A DNA stretch of 64,000 bases from a bacterium. GTDB lineage: Bacteria > Patescibacteriota > Saccharimonadia > Saccharimonadales > SZUA-47. The notes below the pieces were generated by a model, which saw nothing but the letters and a program-made list of their open reading frames with translations, had not been told where the DNA came from and ran no database searches. Below, piece by piece: positions 19,533-27,085 of this stretch. Each line of letters begins with the position of its first letter. Position 1 is the first letter of the stretch. A program made the translations under genes and the position numbers. The DNA is taken from the NCBI GenBank assembly GCA_030427445.1, contig JAUIBQ010000002.1:101-64100 (forward strand). Reading direction: 5' to 3'.

Positions 19533-20330
19533 CTAGTCCTTTCTTGGCGGCAATGGCACAAGAATACTCGTGCGTTTTTTGTACTCTTGGTACTTTTTAA
19601 TGTTGCCCCACTTTTGGTCTGCTTTTTTCTCTAAAATAGGTATCCCGCTAGCAAATAATAAAAGGCCTGCGATACTAAGAGGCCCTACCGATGCGACAAG
19701 CACCTGAGAAAGTGGTTCAACGACTGACGTCGCGACTACAAATAGTCCGTACCACACCATAATCTCACCGAAATAGTTCGGATGACGTGAATACTTCCAG
19801 AGCCCAGTTTCTATCCAGCCTTTTGGCTTCGGTTTTTGAGTTATGAACTTGAACTTTTGTGCATCAGCTATTGTTTCAAACAACAATCCAAATAGTGATA
19901 TCACGACTCCGGTAATTAATACTGGAAGCACTGCTGTTCTTGCTAAATCACCTATAAACAGCATCTCTACAGGTAGTAAAATAATTGGCACCGCCAAAGC
20001 TTGAAGTAGCCAAAACTGACCGAACTTTTTGAAACTAGATCGTTTATCATCAAAACGAGCATCTTTACCGAACTTAGTGACTCGAGCGACAAGATACGTA
20101 GCAAGTCGTATAGCCCACAAGAACACAACAACACTAGCAACCACCTGCTCGACTTCGATACGCTCGACTTGAATGAGAGCAAAAAGTGTCACCGCGACGA
20201 ACGTCAAAGCATAGCTGGCATCAGTTAATTTATCTGTTTGAAGCCTGTAAGCAACCACGAGTCCAATACCATTTATTGCAAAGGAGATTGCAAAAAATGG
20301 CAATAAGTCTTGAAACAATTCAATCATCAC
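19533..20330 (-). CDS. Polytopic membrane protein with RHPxY motif (ICMT / DUF1295 / PEMT-like methyltransferase fold)
   Basis: RHPNYFGEIMVWYGLFV; multiple TM helices. Confidence 0.45.
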   Translation of the reverse strand: MMIELFQDLLPFFAISFAINGIGLVVAYRLQTDKLTDASYALTFVAVTLFALIQVERIEVEQVVASVVVFLWAIRLATYLVARVTKFGKDARFDDKRSSFKKFGQFWLLQALAVPIILLPVEMLFIGDLARTAVLPVLITGVVISLFGLLFETIADAQKFKFITQKPKPKGWIETGLWKYSRHPNYFGEIMVWYGLFVVATSVVEPLSQVLVASVGPLSIAGLLLFASGIPILEKKADQKWGNIKKYQEYKKRTSILVPLPPRKD

Positions 20331-21271
20331 TAGGCTCCTGGAGCTTGTTTATGAGGATTGTGAGAAGCGCCCCTACTTCCCTTACTCACTTCATTTGCTG
20401 TAATCATCGCGTTACGCAGCTGCTCAGAAATGTCATTCATGCCACTTGGTGCATGCGGAATCAAAATCGTATTACTGTTGCTACCTAAGCCTACGTCTTT
20501 AAGCGTGTCAAAGTACTGAGTCATCAACACGAGGTTCATGACATCTTGTGAGCTTGTACCATCAACTGATTGTTTGAACTCGGTAACGGATTCTTCGAGT
20601 CCCTTCACGATCGCTGTACGCTGGTCAGCGATACCCTTACCACTAAGTGCTTTACTCTCAGCTTCTGCTTCTGCAGCTTTCACGACGCGGATCTTGTCAG
20701 CTTCTGCTTCTTCAACAGCAGCAACTCGTAAACGCTGGGCAGCATTAATCTTGTTCATGCTTGCTTTCACATTCGCATCTGGGTCAATATCAGTCACGAG
20801 TGTCTTCACGATACCGTACCCGAAATCATCCATGATTTGCTCAAGCTCAGTTTTAACCGCTTGTGCGATATCGTCTTTAGTTTCGAAAACGTTATCTAGC
20901 GTAATGCCTGGCACACGAGCGCGCACGACATCGTAGACGTAGCTAGTAATCTGCGCTTCAGTGTTTTGAAGTTTATAGAATGCATCAACGATTTTTTCTG
21001 GGATCACGTAGTACTGAACGCTCACGATAACGAACACAAACACGTTGTCTTTCGTCTTTGTCTCAACGCGCACATCGAGCTGACGTACTCGCAGTGAAAT
21101 CCTCCCGGCTACTCTATCAATCAAAGGTATTTTGAAGTTAAGACCTGCAGATGACACTTTGTTAAATTTCCCAAACCGCTCTACCAAAGCTGCTGTCTGC
21201 TGGCTTACAGTAAACAAACCTGTCACTAGCACGATTAGCGCAAATATGACGATAAATATGATAAATCCCAC
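20330..21271 (-). CDS. SPFH/band-7 (stomatin/prohibitin/HflK-C-like) membrane protein
   Basis: SPFH core plus Ala/Glu-rich coiled coil (AAQRLRVAAVEEAEADKIRVVKAAEAEAESKA). Start moved to GTG at 21271 (RBS aaggag 7 nt upstream); the ORF-track start at 21403 adds an implausible N-terminal extension. Confidence 0.65.
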   Translation of the reverse strand: MGFIIFIVIFALIVLVTGLFTVSQQTAALVERFGKFNKVSSAGLNFKIPLIDRVAGRISLRVRQLDVRVETKTKDNVFVFVIVSVQYYVIPEKIVDAFYKLQNTEAQITSYVYDVVRARVPGITLDNVFETKDDIAQAVKTELEQIMDDFGYGIVKTLVTDIDPDANVKASMNKINAAQRLRVAAVEEAEADKIRVVKAAEAEAESKALSGKGIADQRTAIVKGLEESVTEFKQSVDGTSSQDVMNLVLMTQYFDTLKDVGLGSNSNTILIPHAPSGMNDISEQLRNAMITANEVSKGSRGASHNPHKQAPGA

Positions 21272-21401
21272 GTTGTAACTCCTTCTTTTATAAAAAGTAT
21301 AGCAAAAACATACCTGAACTATCTTGTATTGTGAGAAATCCAACTGTGATAAATGGATTTGATTTATAAAGTGGTGGTACCTAAAAAGAAAAGGAGTACC
21401 C

Positions 21402-21947
21402 ATGAGCTTAGAAGATAAACGAATAATCGTTATGGCAACAGATGGATTTGAAGATTCAGAGTTTAACGAACCATTTCAAAGGCTACAAACTGAACAAGCT
21501 TCAGTCACAATCGTCTCAACAAACGAAAGTGTCATAACGGGCAAAGATGGCACGACGTATGATGTCGATATACACGTTAGTGAAGTTGATGCAGAAGATT
21601 ATGATGCACTTGTGCTTCCAGGAGGAGTTGCTAATCCGGACAAACTACGGACGGATGAAGATGCAGTGAGAATCGTCAGAGAATTTTTCGAGCAGCACAA
21701 ACCTGTGAGCGCGATATGTCATGCTCCATGGATGCTCATCGAAGCAGACGTACTAGATGGTCGAACTATCACCTCATGGCCAAGCTTACGGACCGATGTT
21801 GAAAACGCCGGAGCAATTTGGGTAGACAAAGAAGTTGTCGTGGATGAGGGGCTCACTACAAGTCGTAACCCTGATGACCTGCCAGCCTTCTGCGACAAAA
21901 TGGTCGAAGAAATTCTCGAGGGTAAACACGCCGAACAAACTGCCTAA
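21402..21947 (+). CDS. DJ-1/PfpI family protein
   Basis: Nucleophile elbow AICHAPWML; ~181 aa. Confidence 0.8.
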   Translation: MSLEDKRIIVMATDGFEDSEFNEPFQRLQTEQASVTIVSTNESVITGKDGTTYDVDIHVSEVDAEDYDALVLPGGVANPDKLRTDEDAVRIVREFFEQHKPVSAICHAPWMLIEADVLDGRTITSWPSLRTDVENAGAIWVDKEVVVDEGLTTSRNPDDLPAFCDKMVEEILEGKHAEQTA

Positions 21948-21998
21948 GTCTAGTGCCTTCAGCACAAAAGAGCTCGGTTAATCGAGCTCTTTTTAGTT

Positions 21999-22066
21999 AG
22001 CGGAGAGGGTGGGATGTTGGCTCATGACTGAAGCCATGTACGAACCGCATTGCGGGTTCGAACCCA
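21999..22066 (-). pseudogene. Degenerate tRNA fragment (16-bp copy of tRNA-Ser 3' end gcggagagggtgggat plus a T-arm-like gggttcgaaccc)
   Basis: 22000-22015 duplicates 22127-22142; no complete cloverleaf. Confidence 0.4.
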
Positions 22067-22077
22067 CTTTCATACTT

Positions 22078-22121
22078 CGTAAGAAAAGCAAAAAGCCATC
22101 CGTTTGGATGACTTTTTGCTT
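22078..22121 (-). terminator. Rho-independent terminator downstream of tRNA-Ser(TGA)
   Basis: Nested hairpin gcaaaaag..catcc-gttt-ggatg..ctttttgc followed (minus strand) by T-rich run. Confidence 0.5.
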
Positions 22122-22122
22122 C

Positions 22123-22213
<91 letters not shown>

Positions 22214-22242
22214 ATGGTATGTTTAAGCGATTTGCTCAAGGG

Positions 22243-22271
22243 ATTATAACAGAGGTAAATAATAGTTTCAA
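22243..22271 (-). promoter_or_regulatory. Consensus sigma70 promoter (TTGAAA-17-TATAAT) driving tRNA-Ser(TGA)
   Basis: Minus strand: TTGAAActattatttacctctgtTATAAT, ~28 nt upstream of the tRNA 5' end. Confidence 0.6.
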
Positions 22272-22289
22272 CTTATCTTGATGAGGGAT

Positions 22290-22384
22290 GGCCGAAGTAA
22301 ACTTCGGCGAAGCGAACCCTTGGGTTAGAACACATGTTCACCCATCAAATAAAAACAACCGAGACAAGCTCGGTTATATTTATT
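22290..22384 (+). repeat. Conserved ~95-bp tRNA-flanking element, copy X (three hairpins; last hairpin + T/A tracts act as terminator of tRNA-Ser(GCT))
   Basis: ATGGCCGAAGTAAACTTCGGCGA..CGAACCCTTGGGTT.GAACAC..ATCAAATAAAAACAACCGAGACAAGCTCGGTTATATTTATT; ~90% identical to reverse complement of 45291-45390. Produces spurious ORF 22288..22554. Confidence 0.6.
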
Positions 22385-22477
22385 TGGCGGAGAGAGAGGG
22401 ATTCGAACCCTCGCGCCAGGTTGCCCCGACCTACAGCTTTAGCAAAGCCGCCCCTTCAGCCACTTGGGTACCTCTCC
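22385..22477 (-). tRNA. tRNA-Ser (anticodon GCT)
   Basis: Manual fold: anticodon arm cggct-ttgctaa-agctg (one G-U), long variable arm, T-arm gaggg-ttcgaat-ccctc, CCA encoded. Confidence 0.75.
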
Positions 22478-22590
22478 TTTTTTGTCATTGGCTAATGCTG
22501 TATTTTACAGGATTCTCCTCTATATTTAAAGTGTTTAGTGTGTATATTTACTGACAGAAAAAGCATAAGTAATGTACACTGGGTGTAGAT

Positions 22591-23136
22591 ATGGAGCAAA
22601 AAAACCAACCAGAGAGTAATTGGGCATACAACCCTGGACAAGTACATGATTCTTCCTCTGTGAATACTCCAATGCAAAAACAGGCGATTTCTTGGTCCGC
22701 TTCAGAGTACATTTCTCACGAAAAATCACCGATGTGGTATGCATATCTAGCGTCTGGTGCGACAGTACTTTGTGCAGTCGTCTTCTTATTCACGAGGGAC
22801 TGGATTGCCGTCACTGTCGTCGCAGTCACTGTATTACTCCTCGCAATTTATTCCAACCGAACTCCAAGGACTCGCAATTATGTGCTTGATGACAAGGGCT
22901 TACATATCGACAACGAACTTCATCCATTCAGCAAGTTCCGGTCGTTCTCAATCGTCGAAGAAGGCGGTATTAGTAGCATCTGGTTAAAGCCCTTAAAACG
23001 AGTCTCCCCTGTCGTGGTCATTTACTGTGCACCAGATGAAGAGCCAAATATCGTGAATGCTCTTGGAAACTATCTACCGCATGAGCAACGTGAGCTTGAC
23101 CAGATCGACCGCATCAGCAAACAGCTTCGCTTCTAA
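22591..23136 (+). CDS. Hypothetical membrane protein
   Basis: Two TM helices (residues ~50-95); no motif. Confidence 0.4.
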   Translation: MEQKNQPESNWAYNPGQVHDSSSVNTPMQKQAISWSASEYISHEKSPMWYAYLASGATVLCAVVFLFTRDWIAVTVVAVTVLLLAIYSNRTPRTRNYVLDDKGLHIDNELHPFSKFRSFSIVEEGGISSIWLKPLKRVSPVVVIYCAPDEEPNIVNALGNYLPHEQRELDQIDRISKQLRF

Positions 23137-23729
23137 GAGTTAATTCGCTTTTCCTCCAGCCAACCAGGCACTTCAGAGAACACAATTTCTTTCCAGTAGT
23201 CTATCTCTTCCTCCGTGACGTCATAAACGGCTTGATATGCCACCTCAACACTTCCGTGCAATGCGTTTTTATAGTCTAAGCCAAGTTGTTCAGCGACATC
23301 TCTAAGCGCTGCTTCATCAGGAGCTTCTATCTCAACGAACGATGGTATCCATGGCCATGTATCAAGTTCGACTTCTACGGCACCAATTTTCCAGCTTTCT
23401 CGTTTTGTTTCTTGATACGACTTAGATTGCAGTCCGACCGACTCGAGAAATGAACACGTATCATCAAAATCACTTACTTCGACACTTACTTCTTTCGTGC
23501 CGACTAGTGTTCTGTTGTATAGCTGTTTATAACTGAGCGTAACTTTGTCGCCCTCACTTCTCACTCGTACCCATCCGTTTACTTTGTCTAATCTATTGTC
23601 AGGGAAATCAAAGTTTTTACGTACCATCATGCGTTCAGCATGGATGAGTTTTGCACCAGCTTTTTTAAGTGTAGTTCTTAGTTCACTGTGGTTAACATCA
23701 AGCCACTTGGCTTCAATTTCTGTTGTCAT
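23133..23729 (-). CDS. CYTH-domain protein (class IV adenylyl cyclase / triphosphatase-like)
   Basis: N-terminal EIEAKWLD (ExExK) signature of CYTH domains. Confidence 0.5.
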   Translation of the reverse strand: MTTEIEAKWLDVNHSELRTTLKKAGAKLIHAERMMVRKNFDFPDNRLDKVNGWVRVRSEGDKVTLSYKQLYNRTLVGTKEVSVEVSDFDDTCSFLESVGLQSKSYQETKRESWKIGAVEVELDTWPWIPSFVEIEAPDEAALRDVAEQLGLDYKNALHGSVEVAYQAVYDVTEEEIDYWKEIVFSEVPGWLEEKRINS

Positions 23730-23827
23730 GAGTTAACTATAGCAAACAACAGTTTATCTAATGCACCATCAAGAAGCTGTTTTAACAGCAATAAGGTGTC
23801 AATAAGTAGTGAAATGATTTAGCTAGT

Positions 23828-24415
23828 CTAAAGTGTATGTGGATGAGTCACTGAGCGCACTGTACTATAAAAATCAGCAGTATCCTGACTCGCTTCTACT
23901 GTTACGTAGTGAGTTCCAGCACCATGATTGTATCTTGCGCCACTTTGAATCTCTTCTTCAGTTCTTGGTTTATCCGCAGGAGTTCCATCAGCTTCTAGGT
24001 AGCCTTGCATAGTTACTACCTTCATTTCATCCATATCACGAAAAGCATCCTCATATTCTGCTGGATTTTTTGGTTTACTAGTAGTTACGGAAACTCCAAG
24101 TCTCTCACCGTCAATATCTGAAACTTTTTGCATAACTCCTGCTATAGAGTCGACAGTAAATTCACCGTGTTTATGAGTTCTTGGAAATACTAGAGGGCTA
24201 TCTGCCAGCTCAACCGATGACGCTTTTCTAAATGCACTAAGAGCTTGCGCCCCCAACTCCTCGCCCCTCTTTGTTAGCATGGCTTTAGTTGCCGCATTCA
24301 AAGCTTTAATTTTATCATTTGGGTCACCCGTGCGAAGCGCCGCGTCTCTTGTAGCGTGAGCATATGCACGTCGTATTCTAGGATTATTTGATTCTGAAGA
24401 AAATGTATTTTTCAT
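23828..24415 (-). CDS. Hypothetical protein
   Basis: No recognisable motif. Confidence 0.35.
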   Translation of the reverse strand: MKNTFSSESNNPRIRRAYAHATRDAALRTGDPNDKIKALNAATKAMLTKRGEELGAQALSAFRKASSVELADSPLVFPRTHKHGEFTVDSIAGVMQKVSDIDGERLGVSVTTSKPKNPAEYEDAFRDMDEMKVVTMQGYLEADGTPADKPRTEEEIQSGARYNHGAGTHYVTVEASQDTADFYSTVRSVTHPHTL

Positions 24416-24530
24416 AAACTACATTATAACTTGTATACTTATTTTTGTCAAGTATACTTTTGCTGATGATTTTCTGAGTTTCGAGCAAAATTACCAATAA
24501 AAAATCCACCCAATGGTGTATTTTTTATTT

Positions 24531-24549
24531 TGGTACACCCGGCGCGATT
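24531..24549 (-). repeat. Partial copy (19 bp) of tRNA-Arg 3' end
   Basis: tggtacacccggcgcgatt identical to 24931-24949. Confidence 0.7.
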
Positions 24550-24741
24550 ACTATGTGTGATTCTGCGTAAACTGCGGATGTGCAAGCATCTTTCTTAAAC
24601 CCGGCGGATACATAAAATCCGCCCGTCTGCAAAGCAAGCTTTGCTGGGGGATTTCCGAACGCTGCGTTCGAATCGTGGCTAGATATATCTAGCAAAATTA
24701 ATAACCGCCCTACTTACGTAAGACGGTTTCTAATTTTCCTG

Positions 24742-24762
24742 GTACACCCGGCGCGATTCGCC
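24742..24762 (-). repeat. Partial copy (21 bp) of tRNA-Arg 3' end
   Basis: tggtacacccggcgcgattcg identical to 24931-24951. Confidence 0.7.
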
Positions 24763-24930
24763 CACATTCTGCGAGCCCAGAACTTTCAAGCATGAAGCAA
24801 GTTTCATTGCTGAAAGGTTCTCTTGCGAAATGCCACAGGCATTTCTCACACACGACCTCTTTCCGGTCGTGGTTGAATATCGTCGAGGTGAATTCAAATC
24901 AAAAACCCCTCAAACGAGGGGTTCTAGATT

Positions 24931-25007
24931 TGGTACACCCGGCGCGATTCGAACGCACGACCTCTTGTACCGCAAACAAACGCTCTATCCAGCTGAGCTA
25001 CGGGTGC
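24931..25007 (-). tRNA. tRNA-Arg (anticodon GCG by manual fold; ACG/other not excluded)
   Basis: 77 nt, acceptor gcacccg/cgggtgt, D-arm gctc..gagc, anticodon arm tttgt-ttgcggt-acaag, T-arm gtgcg-ttcgaat-cgcgc, CCA encoded; terminator hairpin cccctc-gttt-gagggg + T5 follows at 24903-24930. Confidence 0.7.
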
Positions 25008-25054
25008 TTAACAGGGGTTAATTGTACCATTAAACATGTATAATTACTAGTGTT

Positions 25055-25148
25055 GGAGAGGTGGCCGAGTCCGGTTGAAGGCGCACGACTCGAAATCGTG
25101 TAAGCAGTTTTCGCTGTTTCAAGGGTTCAAATCCCTTCCTCTCCGCCA
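25055..25148 (+). tRNA. tRNA-Ser (anticodon CGA)
   Basis: ggagagg...cctctcc acceptor, anticodon arm cacga-ctcgaaa-tcgtg, long variable arm, T-arm aaggg-ttcaaat-ccctt, CCA; TATAAT at 25039-25044. Confidence 0.8.
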
Positions 25149-25167
25149 AAACTGCTATACTTCTCTT

Positions 25168-25572
25168 ATGCAAACAAGCATTTTTACTAAGATTATTAAT
25201 GGTGAAATCCCTTCACATAAAGTGTATGAGGACGAAAACACATTTGCTTTTATGGACATCCACCCTGTGCAGCCAGGCATGGTTCTCGTCGTACCAAAAG
25301 CTGAAGTCGACAACTTTGAAGACTTAGAAAGCGACGATTACTTGCAGCTCATGACTACGGTAAAAAGAGTTGCTCGGGGACTGCGTCGTGTATTTCCAGA
25401 AAAAGCAAAGATTGGTGTGCAAATCGAAGGACTTGAGGTCCCCCATGCTCACGTAAAGCTTATCCCGATTGATTCTGGAGCTGAGTTCCACGCTCATGCA
25501 TCAGAAACTGAACCAGATCATGAAGCATTAGCGGAATTAGCAATGAAAATTAAGGAGAGTATTGATGTTTAG
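25168..25572 (+). CDS. HIT-family (histidine triad) nucleotide hydrolase
   Basis: IINGEIPSHKVYEDENTFAFMDIHPVQPGMVLVVPK and HIT motif PHAHVKLIP. Start moved to ATG 25168; ORF-track start 25075 lies inside the tRNA. Confidence 0.8.
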   Translation: MQTSIFTKIINGEIPSHKVYEDENTFAFMDIHPVQPGMVLVVPKAEVDNFEDLESDDYLQLMTTVKRVARGLRRVFPEKAKIGVQIEGLEVPHAHVKLIPIDSGAEFHAHASETEPDHEALAELAMKIKESIDV

Positions 25573-25741
25573 TAATTTTGTAGTAGCACTCGCAGCCGCA
25601 GTAGGTGTAGGGATTTACGTGTACCGTTATTTTGGGAAACGAGCGACTGCCGGGCAATTTGACAAAACATTTGCTCCAGCAGCAATCGCAGCAGTGCTCA
25701 CATTCATAATTGCACTAACGACACTCGCAACTGTTCTGTAA
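25565..25741 (+). CDS. Small hydrophobic protein (58 aa, two predicted TM helices), translationally coupled to HIT gene
   Basis: ATG overlaps the HIT stop (ATGTTTAG); MFSNFVVALAAAVGVGIYVYRYFGKRATAGQFDKTFAPAAIAAVLTFIIALTTLATVL; below ORF-track length cutoff. Confidence 0.35.
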   Translation: MFSNFVVALAAAVGVGIYVYRYFGKRATAGQFDKTFAPAAIAAVLTFIIALTTLATVL

Positions 25742-25801
25742 AACTAGCCATTTAATGCTAATTCTACTTCCATAAGCGCTTCAGCACTGATATTATAGTG
25801 T

Positions 25802-26668
25802 TTGTATATGGGTAGGGACGAGCAAAAACTTGGTGTTGCAATTCAAAAGGCACGCCAGGCCAAGAATATGACTCAACAGCAGCTATGCGAGAAAGCTGAT
25901 CTGTCATATTCGACTCTGACGAAGATTGAACGTGGCGCTATCAAAGCCCCTTCTATCTTCACAGTTGCCTCTCTTTGCCGTATATTAAACATTTCCTTGG
26001 ACGAGTTATTGGGCACGGTCGTCCAAGGTCACAACACATTACAACCAGCTGACAGCAAGAAAACATCGAAAACCGGTGTTCGCTTTTTGTATATGGACCT
26101 AAATGGTTGTCTTGTACACTTTTATCAACACGCTTTTTTGGAAATCTCTCAAGAATTTGGCCTCTCAAGTGGACAAGTTGAAGCGGCATTTTGGCACTTC
26201 AATGACACTGCAAACAGAGGTAAAATGACGCTTGATGAATTCAACCAAGCATTTGCTGAGCGCCTTGGTGTCGAGTCTATTGCATGGCAAGATTATTACT
26301 TACGAGCAGCTGAACCAATCAAAGAAGCTCAAGAAGTCCTTCGCTGGGCATCGGATCACTACAAAGTTGGACTGCTGACCAACATTACAGAGTCGCTCGT
26401 CGAAGGTTTATTGGCTAAAGGCACTCTCCCTGACGTTGAATACGACGCAATCATTGATTCCTCAAAGGTTGGACATATCAAGCCAGAGCTCGAAATTTAT
26501 CAAATAGCTATTGAACAATCAGGAGTAAAGCCTGAAGAAATCTTATTTGTTGATGACTCGCGTGCGAACTTAAGCGCTGCCGAATCACTTGGCATGCAAG
26601 TTCTCTGGTTCGACGACTTCTCTGCAGAAGCCTCAGCGGATAAAATCCGCGAATACCTAGAGTACTAA
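25802..26668 (+). CDS. XRE-family HTH domain fused to HAD-like hydrolase domain
   Basis: N-term Cro/C1-type HTH (MTQQQLCEKADLSYSTLTKIERG); C-term HAD motif ILFVDDSRANLSAAESLGMQVLWF. Confidence 0.6.
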   Translation: MYMGRDEQKLGVAIQKARQAKNMTQQQLCEKADLSYSTLTKIERGAIKAPSIFTVASLCRILNISLDELLGTVVQGHNTLQPADSKKTSKTGVRFLYMDLNGCLVHFYQHAFLEISQEFGLSSGQVEAAFWHFNDTANRGKMTLDEFNQAFAERLGVESIAWQDYYLRAAEPIKEAQEVLRWASDHYKVGLLTNITESLVEGLLAKGTLPDVEYDAIIDSSKVGHIKPELEIYQIAIEQSGVKPEEILFVDDSRANLSAAESLGMQVLWFDDFSAEASADKIREYLEY

Positions 26669-27085
26669 TTTTTTAAATTTCACCACAGTAGTAGATGATA
26701 CGTCACTACATGGTTTTCAACGCCGTTTGGTGATTTAACTTCTTAGGATTTCACCCCGTTTGTAAATGGTTTACATTACAACGGGGCACGGCATCATTTT
26801 AATTATTGCAGAGGATTCTGAAGGTTGTTTCTCGCTTTGGAAATACTCTTGTAGAATGAGCTTGAATGAATCGAATCATTGCTGAGGACCAGCCAGAAAA
26901 CATCAATAACGATAACTTTTCTGGCCGCTTGAGTTCCGCAAGCACGGTTTATTCAAGCTTGTTTTGCAAAGATGTTTTTCCAACCGCGAGTCATTTTTTA
27001 TCTTCATTTTTGATGACCCAAAAATGAAGTCGCCTGTCGTGCGTGAACGACAAAAAAGTAAAACGTAGTTGTTACGACAAGATTT

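Noticed and set aside
20330-21403. Long N-terminal extension of the SPFH protein (start 21403)
   Set aside because: Extension (MGTPFLFRYHHFINQIHLSQ...) is non-hydrophobic and unconserved; a GTG at 21271 with an AAGGAG RBS precedes the TM anchor, and the extension overlaps the divergent promoter region of the DJ-1 gene.
22288-22554. ORF 22288..22554 (+) and ORF 45197..45415 (-) sharing MAEVNFGE.NPWVRT...KLGYIYLAE as a conserved small protein family
   Set aside because: Both run across tRNA genes or tRNA relics on the opposite strand. Their similarity is explained by the conserved nucleotide repeat (hairpin-rich, terminator-containing), not by protein-level selection.
24792-25043. ORFs 24792..25043 and 24830..25021 as coding genes
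   Set aside because: They read through the tRNA-Arg gene and its terminator; no RBS; tRNA fold is far better supported.
25075-25167. Upstream extension of the HIT ORF (start at 25075)
   Set aside because: This portion lies inside tRNA-Ser(CGA); the conserved HIT domain begins after ATG 25168.
26669-27085. T-box or other riboswitch in the 400-bp gap near valS
   Set aside because: The gap is downstream (3') of valS, not in its leader, and contains only AT-rich hairpins without T-box or riboswitch consensus.
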